17,516 bases of DNA from Octopus sinensis (lineage: Eukaryota), in the NCBI RefSeq assembly GCF_006345805.1, contig NW_021824881.1, positions 1 through 17,516 on the forward strand. The letters are read 5' to 3'. The notes below the pieces were generated by a model, which was not told the origin of the DNA, searched no databases, and was given only the letters and a program-made list of their open reading frames with translations. The translations under genes were made by a program, and so were the position numbers. Shown here piece by piece: positions 9,341 through 17,516 of this stretch. How positions within the stretch are numbered: position 1 is the stretch's first letter; each line of letters begins with the position of its first letter.

Positions 9341-9455
9341 ATGTGTGTGTGTTAATGTGTGTGTATATGTATATATGTGTGTGTGTATGTATATATGTAT
9401 ATATATATGTAGTTGTTATACGTTATATATATACGTATATACATATATATATATA

Positions 9456-9539
<84 letters not shown>

Positions 9540-9546
9540 TATATAT
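9335..9546. repeat. (TG)/(TA)n microsatellite
   Basis: Direct reading. Confidence 0.95.
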
Positions 9547-9595
9547 AGCAATAATAATTCTCTAAATGAGATATAGACAGTGACTGCTCCGTAAT

Positions 9596-9910
9596 TAAGG
9601 GATATTAGCCAACCGAATATGGCTAGGGACAGGGCAGGGTGGTGGGGGTGTCACTGTTGCATTTAGCCCCAGGCAAACATCAACGTCACCAGATAGGCCT
9701 GACGCCATCACGGCGTCCTCTATCCTGCAAAGGGAGATCACTCACCGTATCGACTTCTTGGTGAGTAATCTCCCTTTGCAGGATACAGGACGCCGTGATG
9801 GCGTCAGGCCTATCTGGTGACGTTGATGTTCGCCTGGGGCTAAATGCAACAGTGACACCCTCACCACCCTGCCCTGTCCCTAGCCATATTCGGTTGGCTA
9901 ATATCCCTTA
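9596..9910. mobile_element. GC-rich fold-back element: 151-bp inverted arms, 13-nt spacer
   Basis: 9596-9746 versus reverse complement of 9760-9910: 4 substitutions, no indels. Begins and ends with TA (possible TA target duplication). The inverted repeat is certain; transposon status is inferred. Confidence 0.75.
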
Positions 9911-9931
9911 TATTATATATATATATATATA

Positions 9932-10243
9932 CGTTTATATATTTGTTGTGCAAGTAACAGTAACAAGACAACGACATACGTAGGGGAAACGGCACGAAGC
10001 ATAGGAGAGCGGATAAATGGACATTGGAGAGAACTTAAGGAAGGAAAGAGCTCATCAATTCTGTACCAACACGCCGAACAGGAACACGGGGGATCAATCA
10101 ACAACATAGAAGTTAAAATCTTGTCCACACATAGAACAGATACAACAACCAGACAAATTACCGAAGCTACACACATAATAGAAAATAAACCTAGCCTGAA
10201 TAGGAAACTGGAATGGAACACTAGCACACACCACAACATATGA
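9932..10243 (+). pseudogene. GIY-YIG endonuclease C-terminus of a Penelope-like retroelement ORF, 5'-truncated
   Basis: Manual translation from 9938: YICCASNSNKTTTYVGETARSIGERINGHWRELKEGKSSSILYQHAEQEHGGSINNIEVKILSTHRTDTTTRQITEATHIIENKPSLNRKLEWNTSTHHNI* (TGA 10241-10243). Shows YVGET, conserved R in ER..H, E in RQITEA and N in PSLN. The frame is open 9902-10243 with no ATG. An upstream VYIF (9933-9944) lies in another frame, suggesting a 1-nt frameshift. Confidence 0.88.
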
Positions 10244-10694
10244 CAGTAGAGGATCCCCATAAACTGGTTACAATATAAACAAAACCAAAAACATAACAAA
10301 TAAAATACACAGATAAATAAACAAATAGAAATAAATAACTATATAAGTTTTTTTTTGTTTAATTTAAAAGATTTTTTTTGATTTATTATTATTATTACTA
10401 GTATTGTTGTTATACATATACATACATACAAGCATACGTAATGATAAGAATAATAATTAGTGGATGTAAACACATGAACAAAATAAGAATAAACAAAAAC
10501 AACAAAAACAAATTACACGAATGTATATAAACAGAAGATACAAATATTACAGGCATCCCCCCCACACACACTAAATAAACATAGACGCACATAGAGATAT
10601 AAGCATGCACAAATGAAGACATACAATAGAAATACAAAATGGCTGATGGTTAGTAAGGAGAGACACAAATAAGTGAGAAGAAAACAAAGGATGA

Positions 10695-10728
10695 CTGATG
10701 CGGTCACAGGAGTGTGACGAAAGAACTC
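10695..10728 (+). ncRNA. Hammerhead-like motif (H4), incomplete
   Basis: CTGATG-cg-GTCACA-ggag-TGTGAC-GAAA-g-aa-ctc: perfect 6-bp stem II with tetraloop. A9 is replaced by C and no convincing stem I is visible. Confidence 0.4.
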
Positions 10729-10840
10729 TGGCCGAAATAAGATTAAGATTAATGTAAAAGTAAATATCACTGAAAGCAAAGTAATACCAAATATATAGTG
10801 CGTGTGTTTATTGGCTAACTGGCAAAATGACCATTCCGAA

Positions 10841-10858
10841 TATATATATATATATTAT

Positions 10859-10901
<43 letters not shown>

Positions 10902-10910
10902 ATGTATGTA
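10841..10910. repeat. (TA)/(TG) microsatellite
   Basis: Direct reading. Confidence 0.95.
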
Positions 10911-11032
10911 TGCCTGAGTCTCTTCATAAAGTAGAAGAAATAGCGAAGGTTCTTTGGCTGCTATTTCTAAACTTCGGTATGTGGTAAAGCAAATCTTTGC
11001 TGAACCCTAATTATAATATATATATATACATA

Positions 11033-11445
11033 CAAGCATAGTTTTGTGGTTAAGAAGAGAATCTTACTTTTCAACTATGTGACTCTGGGTTCAGTCCCAC
11101 TGCATAGCTCCTTGTATAAATGTTTTCTCTTATGGGCTTGAACCAACCAATGCCTTGTAAGTGAATTTAGTAGACTGAAACTGTATGGAAGCACGTCGTG
11201 TGTGTGTGTGTGCGTGTATGCATGTATGTGTGTGTGCACCCTTGTCTAGACATCACCCCACAACTGCAAATGAGCATCTTCATCATAGAGACAAGATTAT
11301 TCATCTCCAATCTTCTGCAAAAGCCAAATCTAGCCACAGAGAAAATAACACATTTGCTTGAAAACAGTTGAACGCTAGCAACAGGAAGAGCATCCTGCCA
11401 TAGAAAATCTGGCTGAACTAAAGTCCATCTGACCCATGAATGATT
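11033..11445 (+). mobile_element. Composite SINE: family A head, (TG)n, 3' body with RTE-like tail
   Basis: gggttcagtcccactgc B-box-like head; after (TG)n the sequence is collinear with 3085-3315 and ends ggaagagcatcctgccatagaaa...gacccatg. Confidence 0.7.
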
Positions 11446-11891
11446 ATGGCTTTCTGGAAGAGAAGACAAAAAGTTGTTTTCCGTTAGGTTCACAAACTTA
11501 TAGTCATTTTATAAGTATTTTTCTCTTATTCTTTATGAGATATTTTTTTGGTATTTTAGGAAATCTTTTTCCTGTACATTATTTTATAGTAGTTTTCTAC
11601 TTGCAAAAGACCCCTACCTCCTTGTATTCAGGGCAAATATAATCTTTTTTGTTTTTTATGTTGGATTCGGATGGGTGGGAGTCTCTGTTCAAAATGCAAT
11701 CATTCCTTGTTTTTTGTTTTTTTCTTTACTCTCTTTGTTTACTCTCTCTGTTTCTTTATTTCGTATCTCATTTTGTGGATAATAACATCATTGGTTACAG
11801 GTTTCTGACGGGACACTCGCTGGTTCACTGCACAAACAATGTTGAGAGTGACAAGATATTTTCTGTGCAACTCGGGCGGAACAAATACTCA

Positions 11892-12062
11892 AACAACAAC
11901 AACGGTGGTGGTGGTGGTGGTGATGACAATGATGATGATGATAATTTCTAATAATAATAATAATAATAATAATAATAGCAATGATGATGATGATGATGAT
12001 GATGATGATTGTGATGATGATGGTAGTGGTGGTGGTGGTGTTGAGGGTGATGATGATGATGG
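11892..12062. repeat. (AAC)/(GGT)/(GAT)/(AAT) compound array
   Basis: Direct reading. Confidence 0.95.
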
Positions 12063-12229
12063 TACATTATGTATACATTTTATTGCATTCCTTTTTTTAC
12101 ATTATTTTTCCCCACCTCCTTCGGCTTCCACCACCACCACTTACACTTCCACCACCTCCCCCATGTAACCTGTCTTTCTAAGGTTCACTTCATCCAAACG
12201 CCTCTATGACAAATATATGTAAAACAAAA

Positions 12230-12420
12230 CTAGTAGTAGTAGTAGTAGTAGTAGTAGTAGCAGTAGTAGTGGGGGGGTGGCGGCGGCGGTGCTGGTGGTC
12301 ATCGTCATCATGGTGGTGATGGTTGTACTCCTGGTGGTAGTGGTGGTGGTGGTGCTGGTGATGGTGGTGGGGCTAGTGGTGGGGGTAGGGGTGGGGGTTT
12401 GAGTGGTTGATGGATGATGG
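12230..12420. repeat. (TAG)n plus (GGT)-rich array
   Basis: Direct reading. Confidence 0.9.
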
Positions 12421-12814
12421 AGACAAAAGAGATGGTGTTACTGACGTTGTGTGTGTGGTGGGGTCTTTTGAGCTGGCCATGACTGGCATGGTGGAGTAGG
12501 CTTTTTTTTATAATGGTCATATTTTTTCTCAATTTTTTCGTTTCCTTTTTTTGTTTGTTCGTTTTTTTTTTGTTTCTTTGGCAAAAAACAAGAGGATTGC
12601 AATGATCAGATTTTGCAACAAAGCCTTGTATATAAGTTGTTGTTGTTGTTAATCTTTTAGCCAAGGTGGAGGACAGGCGGCGCCTGTGACCCTTTACAAA
12701 TGCTCAGAGGTTGATGCAAGGAGAAAAGGAAAAGACTGTATCCTTGAAACTAGAAACCTGGCCCAAAATAATTGCACCTAAGTGGCCTCCATTAAAATCA
12801 CCCAAGATTCCACA

Positions 12815-13170
12815 TAGGGATGATGATGATGGTGATGGTGGTGATGATGATGATGATGATGATGATGTGATGATGATGGTGGTGGTGGTGGTGGTGGTGA
12901 TGGTGGTGATGGTGGTGGTGGTGGTGGTGGTGGTGGTGGTTTTGGTGGTGACGACGACGACGACGATGATGACGCGGGGGAGGGGAGGAGGGGGAGAACA
13001 GGATGAGGAGGGGAGAAGGGAAAGAGGAGGAAGAAGAAGAAGAGGAGGGGAGGCGAAAAAGAGGAAGAAAAGGAGGAGGAGGGAAGAGGGAGAGGAGAGA
13101 AGAATAAGAAGAGAGGAGAGGAGATGAGAGGAGGAGTATGATGATGATGATGATGATGATGATGGTGATG
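12815..13170. repeat. (GAT)/(GGT) array plus (GAG/GAA) polypurine tract
   Basis: Direct reading. Confidence 0.95.
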
Positions 13171-13319
13171 TTTCAGTTACTGCTGAGGACAATGAGAACG
13201 TTGGATATAATCAAAGGTGCAAAAGTGGCCAGTGGTAAATATGATGGCAAAAACGATTTGTTGCCAGTGACAAGGGAGTGGACAATACGGAAACTAAAAG
13301 AAGCAGCACATCATCAACA

Positions 13320-13412
13320 ACATCATCATCATTTATTGTCCATATTCCAAACAGGACAATTTGACAGGATCCAATGTGTCCAAGGACTGCATTGTGCTCC
13401 AATGTGTGCTTT
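13320..13412 (-). mobile_element. Degenerate RTE-like 3' tail
   Basis: (CAT)n followed by ttattgtccat...tttgacagg...gctcca.tgt.tg.tttg, similar to 14740-14850. Confidence 0.5.
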
Positions 13413-13432
13413 GATATATATATATAAACATA

Positions 13433-13825
13433 TTCTTTTATTCTTTTACTTGTTTCAGTCATTTGACTGTGGCCATGCTGGAGCATCGCCTTTAGTTGAA
13501 CAAATCGACCCCAGGACTTATTCTCTGTAAGCCTAGTACTTATTCTATCGGCCCCTTTTGCCAAAATACTAAGTTACAGTGAGGTAAACACACCAACATC
13601 GGTTGTCAAGCAATGGTGGGGGAACAGAGACAGACAACGAACATATATATATATATAAATACACATACGACAGGCTTCTTTCGATTTTCTGTCTACCAAA
13701 TCCACTCACAAACTTTTGATCAAACTGAGCCTAGAGTAGAAAACACTTGCCCAATGTGCCATGCAGTGGGACTGAACCCAGAAGTACGTGGCTGGTAAGC
13801 TAGCTACTTACCACACAGCCACTCC
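13433..13825 (-). mobile_element. Near full-length composite SINE (same architecture as 3602-4001)
   Basis: 3' domain 13433-13640, (TA)n, family A CORE-like domain and head 13666-13825. Confidence 0.88.
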
Positions 13826-13870
13826 AATATATATTTATATATATATACATACAAGCATACATACATATCC

Positions 13871-13960
13871 TTTCCGATGAAGAGCTTTACTCTCAAAACA
13901 TCAAAAAGACTCTCTCTCCTTATCAAGTGTCTAACTAATACATTCCATGTGGAAGTCTCC
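13871..13960 (+). mobile_element. Penelope-type pLTR-like fragment with hammerhead relic (H5, 13871-13907)
   Basis: ttt-ccgatga-a-gagc-ttt-actc-tc-aaaa-c-atc-aaa. caaaacatc equals cgaaacgtc after two CpG-type G>A changes. Homologous to the reverse complement of 5228-5320. Confidence 0.5.
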
Positions 13961-13995
13961 TTGTTATTTTTAACATTAATTTATTTGATTTGACT

Positions 13996-14360
13996 GTGTG
14001 TGTGTGTGTGTGTATAGTGAGAGAGGGAGAGCGGAAGAAAAAGATAGATAGATTGATTACATTGATAGATAGATTGATAGGTGTGTGTGTGTGTGTGTGT
14101 GTGTGCATCTCTGTGTGTGTATAGTGAGAGAGAGGTAGAGGGAGAAAAAGATAGATAGATTGATATGTGTGTGTGTGTGTTTGTGTGTGTATCTGTGTGC
14201 CTGTGTGTGTGTAGTGAGAGAGAGGGAGAAAAAGATAGATTGATTAGATTGATAGACAGATTGGTGTGTGTGTGAGTGTGTGTGTGTGAGTGCATACAAG
14301 TATGTACATATATATATATGTATGGACATATGTATGTTTATGTGTATATATGTATGTATA
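13996..14360. repeat. Higher-order repeat of microsatellite modules, 3 units
   Basis: Unit (TG)n-TAGTGAGAGAG..GGAGAAAAAGATAGAT..GATTGAT, with TAGTGA anchors at 14015, 14122 and 14212. Confidence 0.85.
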
Positions 14361-14689
14361 TAAACAATGTGAAGAGGGAAACCGGTGTGTGCAAGAGCAA
14401 GAGTGACAGAGAAAGAGATGGCGAGAGATGCATTTAGTTGATCGCACAAAGTATTGAATTTCCAACCGAAAGAACATTGCTTCATTGAATATTCCTTCAC
14501 TAACGCTGATGATCATCATTGTCCATTGGCAATACAATTAACTTGCAAATGAAGAAGTCCACCTGGAAGTAAAGGGAAAGCCATGGGAGAACACCGGGCT
14601 AAGATGCGGCAGGATTACTATAAATTTAAATAGTTTTATTGCTGTTGTTCAACCCAGGGATGGTCAAACCTCATCCGGTAACCCTATCG

Positions 14690-14950
14690 TTATTATCCTC
14701 CTCCTCCTCCTCATCATCATCATCAGCATCTGCATCTGCATCATCAACATTTAACGTCCATTTCTCATGCTGGCATGGGTTGGACGGTTTGACAAGAACT
14801 AGAAAGGCCAGTGGCTGCACAAGGTTCCATAGTCTGTTTTGGCTTGGTTTCTATGGCTGGATGCCCTTCCTAATGCCAGCCACTCCAAGAGTGTACTGGG
14901 TGTTTTTTATGTGACACTATCGCCAGTGCCTTTTACGTGGTACCAGCACC
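14690..14950 (-). mobile_element. RTE-like 3' tail with (GAT)n end
   Basis: (CAT)n-tttaacgtcc...catgctggcatgggttggacggtttgac...ggctggatgcccttcctaatgcca; reverse complement of 15253-15402. Confidence 0.85.
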
Positions 14951-15099
14951 CACATCTAAGCTTTTTACCAGCAACTTGGTTCTATGATCTTGGTTGACCA
15001 ATCCACCCATTACTCAGAAACAGCATATCATGAACTAGAACGAACTGTATTTAGATGTGTTGTCTATGTGACAAGTCGGTCATAAAAGTTCCTATTGAT

Positions 15100-15402
15100 G
15101 ACATAGGCAATGGCAAATGACCAAGATCTTTGGCAATATGCTGTGCTTGGGAGGACCCACCAAGCCAAGTGAAATCATAACCATGACAGATACTGGTGTC
15201 ATACAACTGGCACCCATGCTGGTGGCACATAAAAAGTACCCTTTATACTCTCAGAGTGGCTGGTGTTAGGAAGGGCATCCAGCCATAGCAAACCACACCA
15301 AATCAGACCTGGAGTCTGGTGCAGGACCTCAGCTTACCAGCCTTGGTCAAACCATCCGACCCATGCCAGTGTGGACAACAGATGTTAAATGATGATGATG
15401 AC
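15100..15402 (+). mobile_element. 3' end of an RTE-like LINE: ORF2 terminus, 3' UTR and (GAT)n tail
   Basis: 15110-15172 reads MANDQDLWQYAVLGRTHQAK*, resembling the A/T-x-DR-xx-WR ending typical of RTE-clade ORFs. Followed by ggaagggcatccagcc and gttaaa(tga)n. Confidence 0.7.
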
Positions 15403-15544
15403 ATCTTTTTTTGGTCTACCCAGGGTACTGCCTGTGTATCTAGGTGTGTTGTTTCCATGACATGGTGCTGGGTGGTTTTTGGAACCAATATTTGTCAAAT
15501 CTGTCAGTTTATTCAAGGAGCAAAAAAACACAACATAGCAGAAT

Positions 15545-16625
15545 GTACACATACCCACTCATACATTCAAATACATATATATACACACTTACATGCTCAC
15601 ACATATATACACATACACACTTACATGTTCACATACATACACAATTAACATGCATTTACACACTCAAAGTGCACACTGTCATACAGACACACTCATAACA
15701 ACACATACACACACGCATTCTCTCCTTTTCTCTCTCTCTCTCTTACTATCACCCTCTTTTACTGTGTCTTTCATTCTTTCTCTCTCTCTCTCTCTTCACA
15801 TGCTGACATATGCATACATACACATAAGCACACATACAATTATAAGTACACAAACATACACACACATGCTTCCACGTTCACAAACACTCACACAACCATG
15901 TAGATACATTCCCAGCAGCACACACATACACACATACACACATACACGCATAAACATATATGCAAACACATATAAACATATACACATACAGACACACATA
16001 CTGACACATATGCTCCCACAGACATATCTACAAACACATACACATATATATATACATAGGTATATACACGCACATATGCGTAGGTGCATACATTCACACA
16101 TATACACACACATCTACAAATACTTACAGCTGTATATATACACACATACACACATCTATACTCACACACACATATACATTCACAAACACATACATATATA
16201 CACCTACACAGACATATATACTCACACTTACACATACTCATATACACATACATCCATAAACACATACAAATATACACATACATGTGTAATCACGCATATA
16301 TATCCACAAACACACATACATTGATACTCACACAGATACATATTCATATACCCACAATTACATACACATATACACCTACACAGGCATGTATATACATGCA
16401 CTCACATATATATATATATATATATACACATATTTATACTCATATATCCACAAACACATACACATATATACATATATATATATACATACATACATACATA
16501 TATACATACACACTCATACATACTCGTATACACACACAGACACACACATCGTCATACAATCACGCATACATACACACACACACACACATACACACACACA
16601 TATACACCAACACGTACACATGTAA
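15545..16625. repeat. ~1.1-kb degenerate (CA)/(TA) array
   Basis: Direct reading. Source of the poly-HT/YI/CV ORFs. Confidence 0.95.
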
Positions 16626-16844
16626 AGATATAGAATATGTTCTACACCACTCTGTGTCACTAGAGTTACCAAGTGTATAGATTTTCTGTCGGAATTGATT
16701 ATTGAAAAATGTAAGAAATTTTACTTCCTGTCTATTTTATCACTTCTCTCCTTCATAATTTCATTCACTGATTTATTTTCCTTCTTTATTTATTTATTTA
16801 TGATAGTTATTCAGCTGCTTATTCGTTTCTGTAGTCTTCTTCTT

Positions 16845-17130
16845 CTTCTTCTTCTTCTTCTCTTCTTCTTCTTCTACTTCTTCTTCTTCTTCTTCTTCTC
16901 CTTCTTCTTCTTCTTCTTCTTCTTCTTCTCCTTCTCCTTCTTCTTCTTCTTCTTCTCCTCCTCCTCCTCTTTTACTTCCACCTCCTTTCCTCCTCCTCTT
17001 TCCAACTTCTTTTTCTTCATTTTCATCTTATTTTCATTCTTTTCTTCTTTTTTCTTCTCCTTCTTCTCTCAACATTTTCTATCTTCGTTTTTCTGCCTTC
17101 CTTCCTTCCCTCCTTTCTTCCTTCTTTCTT
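16845..17130. repeat. (CTT)n polypyrimidine tract
   Basis: Direct reading. Confidence 0.95.
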
Positions 17131-17187
17131 TCCTACATATTGAGAGTGAGAGAGTGTGTGTATGTGTGTGTGTGTGTGTGTGTGTGT

Positions 17188-17425
17188 AGGCATATGGCTT
17201 AGTGGTTAGGGTGTCAGCATTGTAAGATTGTGGTTTTGATTCCTGGACTGGGCAACGCATTGTGTTCTTGAGCAAAACACTTCATTTCACATTGCTCCAG
17301 TTCACTCAGCTGGCAAAAATGAGTAACGCTGCGATGGACTGGTGTCCCGTCCAGCTGGGGAACACATATGCCATAGAAACCAGGAAACCAGGCCCATGAG
17401 CCTAGCTAGGCTTTAAAAGGGTGTA
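17188..17425 (+). mobile_element. tRNA-derived SINE family F
   Basis: Consensus-matching Pol III A box TGGCTTAGTGG 17195-17205 and degenerate B box GGTTTTGATTCC 17232-17243. Body collinear with 2325-2555; (TTTA)/(ATT) tail. Confidence 0.85.
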
Positions 17426-17516
17426 TTTATTTATTATTATTATTACATATATATATATATATATATATGCATATATGGGTACAGGACATTACCAAGAGTA
17501 AACAGCATGAACTACG

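Larger units (their letters stand above)
9932..10840 (+). mobile_element. 5'-truncated Penelope-like element (endonuclease end plus putative 3' pLTR)
   Basis: GIY-YIG fragment followed by an A-rich region containing a hammerhead-like motif at 10695-10728 and ending at (TA)n near 10841. The 3' boundary is inferred. Confidence 0.6.

Noticed and set aside
9795-9983. 62-aa ORF through the right arm of the fold-back
   Set aside because: Lies in a symmetric non-coding inverted repeat and a (TA)n tract; no recognisable product.
9913-10299. 128-aa minus-strand ORF
   Set aside because: Antisense shadow of the plus-strand GIY-YIG frame; its own translation has no recognisable motif.
11805-11890. Possible plus-strand exon after a long T-rich tract (ggttacag|gtttctg)
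   Set aside because: No convincing donor, the frame runs into a microsatellite, and the peptide is unrecognisable.
13170-13310. Protein-like stretch LDIIKGAKVASGKYDGKNDLLPVTREWTIRKLKEAA after a tttcag
   Set aside because: No donor site or recognisable homology; the ORF begins in (GAT)n and runs on through two repeats.
15420-15530. Minus-strand DRFDKYW, reminiscent of CR1/L2 ORF2 ends
   Set aside because: Seven residues flanked by stops; insufficient evidence.
17188-17260. tRNA gene calls for SINE heads (also 2325, 3930-4001, 5930-6000, 11033, 13760-13825)
   Set aside because: A/B-box-like motifs are present, but there is no cloverleaf and each continues into a shared repeat body.
833-17275. 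The dozens of ORF-track entries rich in HT/YI/CV/poly-T/V/M/G/F repeats (e.g. 3123..3596, 7012..7872, 8157..8687, 15593..16324, 16695..17189)
   Set aside because: They coincide with di- and trinucleotide arrays that lack stop codons, and they overlap on both strands in several frames. There are no domains or splice support.

Overview
Eukaryotic, AT-rich, repeat-saturated genomic DNA. The SINE-like families and very dense (TA)/(TG)/(GGT)/(GAT) microsatellites resemble octopus (coleoid cephalopod) genomes; that assignment is an inference from remembered repeat motifs, not a database result. No host protein-coding gene can be supported. Almost all ORFs in the supplied track are microsatellite artefacts. 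The one recognisable protein domain is missing from the track because it has no ATG: a stop-free GIY-YIG endonuclease C-terminus of a 5'-truncated Penelope-like retroelement (9932-10243, +). Reading for RNA structure gives five Penelope-type minimal hammerhead-ribozyme-like relics (4950-5030 +, 5287-5320 -, 5549-5588 +, 10695-10728 +, 13871-13907 +). A SINE 3' end also resembles the 3' half of such a hammerhead. There are three unrelated long fold-back inverted repeats (601-919, 4046-4297, 9596-9910), a solo-LTR-like segment (1126-1625), and many tRNA-derived SINE and RTE-tail copies in both orientations. All alignments and folds were done by eye; nothing was computed or searched.
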